From positions 1 to 64,000 of IMG/VR virus record IMGVR_UViG_3300025585_000040: a stretch of 64,000 nt of DNA; one strand, given 5' to 3'. Below the pieces are notes generated by a model, which did no database searches, had not been told where the DNA came from, and was given only the letters and a program-made list of their open reading frames with translations. Shown in pieces: positions 30,773 through 40,298 of this stretch. The translations under genes were made by a program, and so were the position numbers. Position 1 is the stretch's first letter, and each line of letters begins with the position of its first letter. Origin of the DNA: a virus.

Positions 30773-31495
30773 ATGAATAGTATAGACGGGCTCAAGACCT
30801 GCCGCAAAGGTCTGCATCAATATCCGGCGGATAAAAAGCGATGCCCAGAATGCAGTAGGGCAAGTAGTCGGCGGTGGCGACAGAAAAATCCTGATCGGAG
30901 ACAGGAGTACAACCGGCAGTGGCGAAAACAGAATCCTGATTATGATCGACTTTATTACCAGCAAAATCATGAACAGCAGCTGGAATATGATCGACGTTAT
31001 CGCGAACAGAATCGTGAGCGGATGCGGGAACTAGAACGCCTTCGCTACAAGCAAAATTCGGAACAGCAACGAAAAAAGAGTCAGCAGTGGCGCCAACAGA
31101 ATCCTGAGCGACAAAGAGATAACAACCGACGTTGGCGCGAGCAAAATCCAAACTATAGTCAACAGTGGCGCGAGCAAAATCCTGATAAAACTCGCGCATA
31201 CAAAAGTCGCCGTCGAGCGCTACAAAAACAAGCTGCACCTCCATGGGCAGATTACACTGCAATCAATGCAATCTACGACGAAGCCGTACGCCTGGAAAAA
31301 GAAACAGGAATTAAATACGAAGTTGATCACATCTACCCACTTCAAAGCGATTACATGTGCGGCTTACACGTGGAAACAAACCTTCAGATTTTAACTGTAG
31401 AGGAAAATAGATCAAAAGGTAACCGCACGTGGCCAGGTCAACTTGAGTGTCAGCGTTTATCACTTAAAGAAAATGGTTTTGATTTGATGGATTGA
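30773..31495 (+). mobile_element. Free-standing HNH homing endonuclease with WRxQNP repeats
   Basis: EVDHIYPL..CGLHVETNLQIL...ENRSK; own -10 box TAAAAT (30711-30716); flanked by a duplicated primase 3' end. Confidence 0.85.
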
Positions 31496-31611
31496 TAAGT
31501 TCCCGACTGTTCTCCCTGAAGGCCGAGAGGACTAGACCTAAGCTAGCCCGAACAGTTCCTTCAGTTCCGCCACGGTCAACCCAGCGGCGTTCAGCTTCTG
31601 TTCAGTGGTGA

Positions 31612-31785
31612 TCACGGGGTTACCTCAGGTTCATCTGCCGGAAGCGGTTCGTTGCCTTCGGCTAGCCAGGCGACAAAATCGGGATACTCAGCACTGCAGG
31701 TCAGACGGCAAACGCCATCGTCATCAATGCGAGCGTAGATCTGAGGATCTTCAGGGTTGAATTTGGGAAGTTCTTTGTAGGTCAT
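31612..31785 (-). CDS. Variant tail chaperone (57 aa)
   Basis: MTYKELPK..YPDFVAWLAEGNEPLPAD; ATGA overlap with the fibre gene. Confidence 0.65.
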   Translation of the reverse strand: MTYKELPKFNPEDPQIYARIDDDGVCRLTCSAEYPDFVAWLAEGNEPLPADEPEVTP

Positions 31786-32855
31786 AGCTCAGCACTCCAG
31801 GCGAGGTAACCGTCTCCAGTGTTTTGTAAGGATAAGAAACTGCAGTTTCCGGCAGTCAATCCGCTGGCAACAGAAACTCGAAGTGTTGCAGTATTTAAGG
31901 AACCAGTTTGATGCGTCGGAACTGCACTTGCAGTAATAAATGACCCGTTGCTGCTTAAAACTTGATAATCTGCTGCAGTACCAGATTGTTCAAGAGCTGT
32001 GGGCGAATCTCGCATCGTAACAGGATACTGAACCATATAATCTCCAGTGCCAGTGCCGATAGCTTGTCCCACGCCAATACGAATATCGACACTAGCGTTT
32101 CTGGTAATTCTGTAGTAATACCTCTGACACAACGCCAGCTCCTGTCCGTAGCTTCTGCGTTCAAACGGGGTGGCGACGGTTCCTGGTTCAACCTGCACCT
32201 GCGCGAGGTCCAGCGTATAGGTGCTGTTGATCGGCACCATAAACGTGAGACCAACGTAGTGATTAGTGCCGATGGTCTTGCCACTGATTGAGCCAACGTT
32301 GACGGTGTAGGTGTATTTCGTCCAGCTTGCGTTCAGCGCAACATTGGTTGCCAACGTGTAAGCCACTTGAGTAGAGCCGCCAGATCCAAAGGTCTGGGTT
32401 AGATAAATGTTGGGCAGGGTGCCTGTGCCCTTAGCATAAAAACTGATTGTTGCTGTTCGTCCTGCCAGAGTGCGTACGTCCTCAATGCGCTGCTCGACAT
32501 AGCAGCTACCCGTAGTTTGCCCACTCGGGGCGGAAGTAATTTGCCAACGCAGGAAATAAGTTGGTTCACCAGGAACGTCTGTCTGACCAGCAGTAAACGC
32601 TTGCTGCGAAACAGAACCATTACCACCAGTGCCGGCTGAACTGAAAACCCAACGATCAGGCCAGTAGAAGTTGCTAATTGGAGCCACCCATGTCGCTGTG
32701 CTGGTCCCTCTTTGCCAGATGTCGAAGTTGCCGTTGATAATGCGGTTCCTAGTGCCAGCAAGTGGTCCGCCGTTTAGGCTATTTACAGTCGCGTCATCAA
32801 ATGTTACATCCTGACTGGCTGTACCCGCGATTAATTGAGCTTTAGTTTGTGACAT
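31782..32855 (-). CDS. Tail fibre / receptor-binding-type protein, module copy 2
   Basis: NGGPL..RNRIING and GTVATPFERRSYGQELALCQRYY. Confidence 0.75.
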   Translation of the reverse strand: MSQTKAQLIAGTASQDVTFDDATVNSLNGGPLAGTRNRIINGNFDIWQRGTSTATWVAPISNFYWPDRWVFSSAGTGGNGSVSQQAFTAGQTDVPGEPTYFLRWQITSAPSGQTTGSCYVEQRIEDVRTLAGRTATISFYAKGTGTLPNIYLTQTFGSGGSTQVAYTLATNVALNASWTKYTYTVNVGSISGKTIGTNHYVGLTFMVPINSTYTLDLAQVQVEPGTVATPFERRSYGQELALCQRYYYRITRNASVDIRIGVGQAIGTGTGDYMVQYPVTMRDSPTALEQSGTAADYQVLSSNGSFITASAVPTHQTGSLNTATLRVSVASGLTAGNCSFLSLQNTGDGYLAWSAEL

Positions 32856-33342
32856 CGCTATTACCTTCTGAATTCATTTTACAAGAGCAGGACTTGCATT
32901 TTTTGCACCACGTTTTATCCCCAGGGATTGGCTCAGTGCCGTACGGAAAGTCATCGTAATCTTGCTGATTACGTAACCAACGCGCAAACTCTTCAATGTA
33001 CTTTTTGATGAGTTGCGTAGGCATATCAAAGAAAACTAGGCAGCTGCGGCCCCTTGGGGCCAGGAGGCTTTAGTGGTTTGAAATCGCGCCTGATTAGCTC
33101 ATCCATATAAGGCGAATCAAGATGCGGAGTCTTGATTATAGCATTCGGCGGAGAGTAGCGAATAGTCCGAGAAATCAAAGGTCCACCCTGTTCTTGGGCA
33201 TACTCTTGTTTAAAGCCAAAATCCGGAATATTTTCACCTGCTTGGCTATAATCTTGCATACCGCTAGCGTATTGCTGCAAGAAACCAATAGCGTTATTTT
33301 TTCCACCAAATTGTACTGGAAAATCGTTATCGATCAGCATAA

Positions 33343-34290
33343 TCAGAAAAGGGTCCTAATATTCGGGCGCTTCAGGAATTCAGCAGCTTTCTCACCAGTC
33401 GTCTGGAACGCGGGCATGCCTTCGCCAGTGGTCTTAGCAGCTTGGAACGGTACAACACCAGAAAACTCGGCCGAAACCTTCTCACCTTGTGTATTCCAAG
33501 GAGCAGGAACGCCATTCGCAGCCATCGAGAAGCTGTCGATGTCACTCAGCGGTTGAGCGCCCGCCTCATAACCAGGGGTTACAGGGGCTTCGGTAGGTGC
33601 AGCAGCTTGCTTTTTAGCGTAGAGGCGCTGGGCAAGCATCGGGTTAGCGGCAGCCCACTTGGCCAGGTCAGAACCTTCTGCGTAACCGAGACCTTTCTGA
33701 ATCTCAGGCATCTGAGCACGGCCCATGGCGCTTTGAGCACGGTAGTAGCTCGAGAGCGGTACGTCCTGAGGTGCAGTCAGCTCACCCGCTAACGCCTTCA
33801 TCTGACCCACGTCAGCCGGTGCACCTTTACCACGGGAAGCAGCGCCGAAGTACTGATCCATCTCAGGAGTCTTGAAGTAACGCTCGAACTGACCTTCTGG
33901 AGTTTGGGCGTACTGCTTGTAGGTATCGCTCTTCCTGCGATCTACGTTACCTGCTCCGTCAAGTCCAGAAACAACAGTTCGCTCGTTCTCGGGGCCGATG
34001 AAACGACCGGAGCGCCTGTCAAAGTATCCGATGCCAGGCTGAAGATAAACGTCTTGAGTTGGTCCCTGCTGTCCGGTTGGAGCTGCTACTGCGGCCCGAC
34101 CAATTTGAGGTAGCTGACCACTCAAAAGATTTGTGTAGTCTTGCGCAGCTTTTTCGCTACTTAAATATTGACCTGCACGACCAAGTTTGCGTCCTACGCC
34201 TTGCAACAGTCCCCAGATTTGTCCAGGCACTGCCTCAACGTTAGCCGCAGCCTGACGGGAAAACGGCCCTGTTTGCTTAAAATCGGACAC
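33343..34290 (-). CDS. Hypothetical A/Q/G-rich protein, possibly internal virion protein
   Basis: 315-aa ORF in a - strand cluster. Confidence 0.55.
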   Translation of the reverse strand: MSDFKQTGPFSRQAAANVEAVPGQIWGLLQGVGRKLGRAGQYLSSEKAAQDYTNLLSGQLPQIGRAAVAAPTGQQGPTQDVYLQPGIGYFDRRSGRFIGPENERTVVSGLDGAGNVDRRKSDTYKQYAQTPEGQFERYFKTPEMDQYFGAASRGKGAPADVGQMKALAGELTAPQDVPLSSYYRAQSAMGRAQMPEIQKGLGYAEGSDLAKWAAANPMLAQRLYAKKQAAAPTEAPVTPGYEAGAQPLSDIDSFSMAANGVPAPWNTQGEKVSAEFSGVVPFQAAKTTGEGMPAFQTTGEKAAEFLKRPNIRTLF

Positions 34291-34585
34291 TTCTAACTAA
34301 ACAATCCTTTCTTACAATAATAGTAGGCCTAAATAAAACCATGGAAGTTATTCAAACCTACCCGAATGGGACCACGATTGAGTTGGGAGTCGATAGCCAT
34401 GGGAATCAGGTCCATCGCGTCTGCACGGCGGGTGGATCGATGTGCCGCTACGTAGAACCAATCCACTGCGCCATGGTTTACGCGCAGCAGTTCGAGGAGC
34501 CGTACGCGATTAAGCCCGAATCAGAGTGAGTCTCACGAGAAAAAAGTGAGAAAACGTGAGGGAGAGCGTGAGAAGCGGTCAGAGT

Positions 34586-34798
34586 CGTTGTGCTGCAACG
34601 GATTTTGAGTTGCACTCAGTATTTCCGTTTTATACCCCTCTACCCTTAAGCGCTTGAGAGGTTGGGTCTGGGTCTAAGTGTATATATGTACATTCTGTGC
34701 ATGTACACTCAGACCCAAACCCAGTCAGATAAGAAAATATATAAACCCTAGGTAACACTGGAAATACTGACTGTACATGAAAACCCTTGACACAAGGG
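34586..34798. repeat. Nested inverted-repeat element, candidate replication origin
   Basis: Inverted-repeat pairs share one centre near 34693; AT-rich core. Confidence 0.55.
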
Positions 34799-34838
34799 CA
34801 ATTCCGCTGCTACCGTCCGGTTTAAGCGCACTGACCCA

Positions 34839-35987
34839 ATGAACATCCACTCCCTCTTCCGTGACGCTGGCGTCTCCAGGGAGGAATTGGTGGCATTTGT
34901 CAAGAGCATTGAAATATGTTGTAAACTACATGGGAGGGATTCCTGCTGGTCGATAGACCGAGCGCATCACGCAGCCTTCTCGGGATTCAACACGGCAAAT
35001 CCCAAGAATCTCCGCTACTGCGGAGTAGACGCAAGACCTTTGATCCTCTCCATCAGCGGTCAGTTCCAACCGGATGAGTCTCACGTTGCGATTCGTAAGT
35101 CCATTTGCAAATCTCAGTACTGCCTCAACCCCGCGCACTACTACTGGGGGACCAAGAGTGAGGTGGCGTTGGAGGGGCAGCGGAAGAAGAAGGACGGTCT
35201 GACTCCAGATGTGATCCGTGCACTCCAAGAAGGGCGTAGAGAGGGGAAGCGGGTCCTCGATCTGGCGCGTAAATATAAGGTTGCTTATCACACAGCACGG
35301 CGGATCTGCGCGGGCGAGACCTACGAAACTCAAAATAAGACCAGAGAATCCGTGCCAGATCAGGAGCTGTGGGCATTAGTCGATGCCATTTGCAAGGAAC
35401 TAATCTCTCGCTATCCTGAAGAGGCTAGAGAGTATCGATTAGGGGTCTACGTGGCAAACGAACTTGAATGCCCCTGGCACCAACGAGGCGAACCAGGCCA
35501 CAAAGGTAACTTCGGCCTCATGGGCGAGTGCCTGGACTGTATGGAGGAAGTCAGAAAGGGACGCTGTTCTGTCGATGTAACTAACTTTGATATGCAGTGG
35601 TACTGGCAAGTAAAACGCTTCTGGGAACAGGTTGAAATTAGAGGAGAGGATGAGTGCTGGCCTTGGAATGGTGCCACGCGTCGAAACGGGAACGAGTCGC
35701 TTGCCTATTTCCCTAGCCCGTTCCACTCAGGTAAGACTCAGTCTGCCTCCAGGGTGGCATTCTGGTTGAGCCGAGGCTATACCGGGAAATACAAAGTCTT
35801 CACCAAGCCGGAGTGCGAATCCTTCTGCTGCAACCCCCGTCATCTCCATATTCGGGAGTTCAAAGACATGCTTGACCCCGCTAAAATTGGAGAAATTCGA
35901 CTGAACCACGGTGACATCTTCGCCCACCACCGAAAAAATCTACCAGAAAAGCAGCCAGGTGTTTCCCAGCAATCACCACCTGCCTGA
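34839..35987 (+). CDS. Protein with two degenerate His-Me (HNH-like) Zn domains and an HTH
   Basis: CW..CLNPAHYYWGT; LARKYKVAYHTARRI; FWEQV..ECWPW..CCNPRHL. Confidence 0.65.
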   Translation: MNIHSLFRDAGVSREELVAFVKSIEICCKLHGRDSCWSIDRAHHAAFSGFNTANPKNLRYCGVDARPLILSISGQFQPDESHVAIRKSICKSQYCLNPAHYYWGTKSEVALEGQRKKKDGLTPDVIRALQEGRREGKRVLDLARKYKVAYHTARRICAGETYETQNKTRESVPDQELWALVDAICKELISRYPEEAREYRLGVYVANELECPWHQRGEPGHKGNFGLMGECLDCMEEVRKGRCSVDVTNFDMQWYWQVKRFWEQVEIRGEDECWPWNGATRRNGNESLAYFPSPFHSGKTQSASRVAFWLSRGYTGKYKVFTKPECESFCCNPRHLHIREFKDMLDPAKIGEIRLNHGDIFAHHRKNLPEKQPGVSQQSPPA

Positions 35988-36220
35988 GAAGAGTTATTAT
36001 GGATGCGTCAAGATCGGTAAGTCTTATCACTACACAGACTTCTATCCGACTCTTGATGAAGCAGTAATTGAACTCCGCTGCCTCGAGAAACGCCTTAGCT
36101 ACGAGTTAGTTAATACCGTCGAAATGGAGGGTATGTATCCCCAGCGTGCTATTCTTATTGAAGAAGCATACCAGAAGTCAGGCCGTACTAACGGCCTTTA
36201 CACTGGGCTAATGACGGAAG

Positions 36221-36886
36221 ATGGCGAGGTTTCTAACAACAATTCCGACGAATCTGGGGTTCTTTAATTTAGGTACTGTACAAGCTTATCCCACAGGAGG
36301 TACTGGACCTACAGCCTATGGGCCTACGAGCTACTACGGTAGTGACCCCTTACCAGAACAACCTGGAGATTCGATATACACCGCAATCAATCTTGGTGAT
36401 TTCTCCGGTGTATTCCGAACGGTCACATTAACCAATAGTCATGGTGGATTGTCTCGTAAACAGTCCACCTTTTACCGTTTTACGCTGCGGCGCCCAAGGT
36501 CTGTACAATTTGCACAGAACTTTAGCCAATTCGCATATACAGAAAATACCAACAGAAACACACTTCTTGCATTCTATAAAATTGAAGACGGAAATAGACG
36601 GGAAGAATTACCAATCAATGATCAAGGTTACGTCTATACTTCTACGGCGATTGACTACGAGGAAATTGCAACACCAACAGCAGATTATCCCAACGTTCGT
36701 TTAGGTCCAGGGGAGTACCTCTTCCTGATCACCAACGATATACGCTACCTCGAAACGACTTACTCAATCTCTATAGCTATTGCGGTAACAGATTGGAGGT
36801 TTGTAAATGAAGAGATTGAAGAGTCTCTTGATTTCGATTTAGTTTCGGAAGGAACTGATGAAATCATTGATTTTGGCGCGATCTAG
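36221..36886 (+). CDS. Hypothetical beta-rich protein
   Basis: 221-aa ORF; LGPGEYLFLI suggests a beta-sandwich. Confidence 0.55.
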   Translation: MARFLTTIPTNLGFFNLGTVQAYPTGGTGPTAYGPTSYYGSDPLPEQPGDSIYTAINLGDFSGVFRTVTLTNSHGGLSRKQSTFYRFTLRRPRSVQFAQNFSQFAYTENTNRNTLLAFYKIEDGNRREELPINDQGYVYTSTAIDYEEIATPTADYPNVRLGPGEYLFLITNDIRYLETTYSISIAIAVTDWRFVNEEIEESLDFDLVSEGTDEIIDFGAI

Positions 36887-36933
36887 CACTTATTGTTTTA
36901 AGCTGCTAAGCTACACAAATCGATTATGGAACG

Positions 36934-37173
36934 ATGAAAGTCATCACCGCAGACCAGTTCGAGCGCGATTTCGAAGCCATTATCGACGATGTAGCAGATA
37001 ATAAGCAGTACTACCGCATACAAGGTGAACAGGGAGACTTTATGCTGGTCCCCTACAATGAATATGAAGTTTTAAAAGAGACTTATAAGGAGTGGGTCGA
37101 GGAGCCGAAAATCGACCCCGACCCTCTCCCTATCCAATACATTGGAGATGCTGAACCTGAGAAGTTCAGCTGA
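36934..37173 (+). CDS. Phd/YefM-like antitoxin
   Basis: MKVITADQFERDFEAIIDDV..YRI..FMLVPYNEYE. Confidence 0.65.
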   Translation: MKVITADQFERDFEAIIDDVADNKQYYRIQGEQGDFMLVPYNEYEVLKETYKEWVEEPKIDPDPLPIQYIGDAEPEKFS

Positions 37174-37608
37174 TCAAGTCACAGTGCGTTTAGCCCAAGA
37201 CGGAGTTTCTGAAATTGTAGGCTCGGGGGGCTTGCGGCCTAACTTCTGCATAGCTTCAGCATACGCTTTTTGAGCGTCAGTCAGCTCACCCTCGACAGCC
37301 TCTCGGATCGGCTTGTACGGATCCTGTACGCCTGTAGTTTGCTCGATAGCCTTATCGCCAGTAGGTAATGAGGCTAAATAGGCAGCCGACTCTCGTGCAC
37401 GAATACCTGCTTGACGCGCACCAAGCTCCTCAGGTGTACCGACTTCAGTGAAACGCTGCGATTGCAGTTTGCCGGTTTCTTCCTGAATACGTTTTAACTG
37501 TCCGGCTAAGTCCTGGTAACTCTCTAAGGGTGTTACCGATTGGTACAGCGTCGGAGCAGTTGGCGTCGGCATCACTACCTTGGGAGCCGATGGCCTAGAA
37601 CCACCCAT
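37174..37608 (-). CDS. Hypothetical protein
   Basis: 144-aa ORF starting MGGSRPSAP. Confidence 0.55.
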   Translation of the reverse strand: MGGSRPSAPKVVMPTPTAPTLYQSVTPLESYQDLAGQLKRIQEETGKLQSQRFTEVGTPEELGARQAGIRARESAAYLASLPTGDKAIEQTTGVQDPYKPIREAVEGELTDAQKAYAEAMQKLGRKPPEPTISETPSWAKRTVT

Positions 37609-38063
37609 TGTCTTACTTCACTTTTATTTCTATACTGATTCTATCGGTGATGAATCCGTACAAATGCTGAACTCCGATAACGCCCAAGGGGCCAAGAACC
37701 AGAATCAACAAGAGCTCAGCATAGGTGATAGGCCTCTTCATGGAAACGAATACCCGTTTATTAAGGAGTTTAGCGAATTTTTGGCTTCTGTGCCAACCAA
37801 AGCTTTAAAGCACGTCCTAATGACCTACCAACAAAGGCTAACCGCTAAAACCTTCTGGGAGGCTGAAAACTATGGAGGATCTAAAGAAAAGTGCATAAAG
37901 CAGCTTACCGAGATATATGGACCAAACTGGCGTAGCATCACCAGACTCGAAGACCACATGGAAGAGGAACGCGTTTACTGCGAGTACGTACTGATCCTGG
38001 ATCATATGAAACAGTGGGACAAACATCAAAAATTAGCTAAACTGCGACAAAGCTGAGCTCCTA

Positions 38064-38657
38064 ATGGTCAAAAGCGACGTTGAAAACTGGATAGATTTCC
38101 TCGATAAAACCGCATTTGAGGTGAACGACGAAGCTCCTACTACTTACCAGAGCTACCGTTTCGTTAACCTGGAGATCAACGAAGTTACCGTTGACAACTA
38201 TAAGGATCTGCTCGTGGACTCGCTTGCGATCCAAGTCGAGCCTTTTATTCCACCAATTGGAAGCTTCGAGACGCCAGATCTGAGGCGCTATCTAGAGTTG
38301 ATCTGTAGCTACGAAACCAGTACGACAGATCTGATGATGGGGCTTTCGCTTGCTGATCAAATCAGGCTTACCTTCAGCGACATGCGTACGAGCACAATCT
38401 GTGACCGCTATCCGGATATCGGACTGGCTGAAAAACGACGCTACCGTTGTGTGGCTGAGTATCTGATTCGCCAGGGGGAGCTCACGAAGCTACGCGATGA
38501 GAACGGGAAACTCATTAAAAAAATCGGTAATATGCAGAAAGCTGTCGTCCTTTACAAACCGCTGCCGAAACTACTCGAAACTCTGAAGCGGTCTGGACTT
38601 GGTCACATGATCAAAAAGAACCAGAGCGCCGAACCAGCAAAATCCGCTGAAACTTGA
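38064..38657 (+). CDS. Hypothetical protein
   Basis: 197-aa ORF. Confidence 0.65.
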   Translation: MVKSDVENWIDFLDKTAFEVNDEAPTTYQSYRFVNLEINEVTVDNYKDLLVDSLAIQVEPFIPPIGSFETPDLRRYLELICSYETSTTDLMMGLSLADQIRLTFSDMRTSTICDRYPDIGLAEKRRYRCVAEYLIRQGELTKLRDENGKLIKKIGNMQKAVVLYKPLPKLLETLKRSGLGHMIKKNQSAEPAKSAET

Positions 38658-38682
38658 TAAACTAACTCAACTGGAGAGAACA

Positions 38683-39090
38683 ATGAGCGAACGCCGTAAG
38701 AAAATGATCAGCAAAATGATGCTGTCAGCCCCCACTGAGGCAGAGCAGACCATGATGAAACTCGTGGTCGAGCGGATCTGCGTCGACATGTGCGATTTTT
38801 TTAAGAAATTTTACGGTTTTGAAGGCCCTGGAGCTGTTGTTTATGTCCCCGATGCGGAAAATGAGGATGATTCGATGTTCTATCTACCGGTAGATTCCTT
38901 AATGAACGGGCTTAATGATTTTAATAGTCGGGATATGGAGGGTCCTGCAGAAGTAATGAAGAAAGCCATTGCCAGGGCAGAGGCCATTGATCCCGAAAAA
39001 GAGGCACTATTTATCATCCAAGACAAAGATCAAATGTCGTTAGTGCATTACAAGTATGACGCTGACGGTACTTCGCTTCTGAAGATGTGA
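38683..39090 (+). CDS. Hypothetical protein
   Basis: 135-aa ORF with GGAG upstream. Confidence 0.65.
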   Translation: MSERRKKMISKMMLSAPTEAEQTMMKLVVERICVDMCDFFKKFYGFEGPGAVVYVPDAENEDDSMFYLPVDSLMNGLNDFNSRDMEGPAEVMKKAIARAEAIDPEKEALFIIQDKDQMSLVHYKYDADGTSLLKM

Positions 39091-39713
39091 GTTTACATAC
39101 CCAGCGATTTATGAGGCGGAGCCGGCTCCTAAGTCGGATCCGTCACATTAAAGATGATTGGCTTACTCCAGTTGAATATCTTCCTTACATTGATGCGCTT
39201 TTGGGGGATATCGATCTCGACCCATGCTCGACGCATTTTGCCAATGGTCAATTTTTACGGGCAAAAAATATTTTCACTTTAGAAGATGACGGCTTAAATA
39301 TTCAAGAACCTTGGAAAGGCAAGACTTACTTATTTCCACCTACCTATGGAAGATGCTCCTTCAATAAACAACGTGGAACCTGGAGATGGAGTCTAAGTGC
39401 TGGTACAAACGCTAGGGCTCCATCAGTGATCTGGTTTCGTCGTTTGCTGAAAGAATGGAAACTCCGAAATATACCCGAAGCTCTGTTTTACACTACGAAT
39501 CCAGAAATGATGAGGGTTTGTCCTGAAATGTGGGATTTTCCTATCTGTATGCCGAAAGACCGGGCTAACCTTATTCATGGTAGAGATCTGTACAGGATGC
39601 CCTCTCCCGTTTTCTGGGGTTACTTTATCTACCTTCCACCTGTTTCGTTTGGATTCGATCAAATAAATCGATTCCGATCAATATTCAGTCATCTAGGCAA
39701 ACTTATAACCTAA
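39087..39713 (+). CDS. Phage Dam-family adenine methyltransferase-like protein, degenerate motif IV
   Basis: DDWLTP, DLDPCS, DDGL..W; FPPTY where NPPY is expected. Confidence 0.65.
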   Translation: MSLHTQRFMRRSRLLSRIRHIKDDWLTPVEYLPYIDALLGDIDLDPCSTHFANGQFLRAKNIFTLEDDGLNIQEPWKGKTYLFPPTYGRCSFNKQRGTWRWSLSAGTNARAPSVIWFRRLLKEWKLRNIPEALFYTTNPEMMRVCPEMWDFPICMPKDRANLIHGRDLYRMPSPVFWGYFIYLPPVSFGFDQINRFRSIFSHLGKLIT

Positions 39714-39962
39714 CCTGCACGGAAACCGTTTCGGAAGCTGTATGTACTATCGCCTGGCCCCGCAACAATAAATTTATTTTCTGTTACCGCGTCAGGTCCG
39801 TAAGGGAGATTCTGTATTTGTCGGCGACCTTGGATAAATCGCATCACAAAAGCCTTTCCTGCAGTATTATCAACTGAACCTTTGCCACCCTTGTATCGGG
39901 CGTCAACGTCGTAATCCTGACTAAGGCGTGTCTCCATTTGTTAATTATCGCAGACCCTAACT

Positions 39963-40253
39963 ATGACTAGATTTCTAGACACTCAAACCCACATCGCACT
40001 AATCTGCGACCAAGTGAAAGAATTATTGCTGGAAAAAAACAGGAAATACGGTGACAGCGCTTTAAACCCGACGAGAGTTTTTAGTAAAGCCGATCCAGTA
40101 GAACAGCTCTTAGTGAGAATTGACGATAAACTTAATCGAATTAAACAAGGTGCGGGACTCTTGGCTAACGATGAGGATGTGATCATGGATTTAATTGGTT
40201 ATCTGATCCTTCTCAAAATTGCCTTAAGTCGCAATACAGAGGTAGAAGTGTGA
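39963..40253 (+). CDS. DUF1599 / nucleotide-modification-associated domain 1 protein
   Basis: KNRKYGDS..VRIDDKLNRI..DLIGYLIL. Confidence 0.8.
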   Translation: MTRFLDTQTHIALICDQVKELLLEKNRKYGDSALNPTRVFSKADPVEQLLVRIDDKLNRIKQGAGLLANDEDVIMDLIGYLILLKIALSRNTEVEV

Positions 40254-40298
40254 TGGAATACGAAGAGTTTTTAGCAAACTATACGCCTGAATTGCAGC

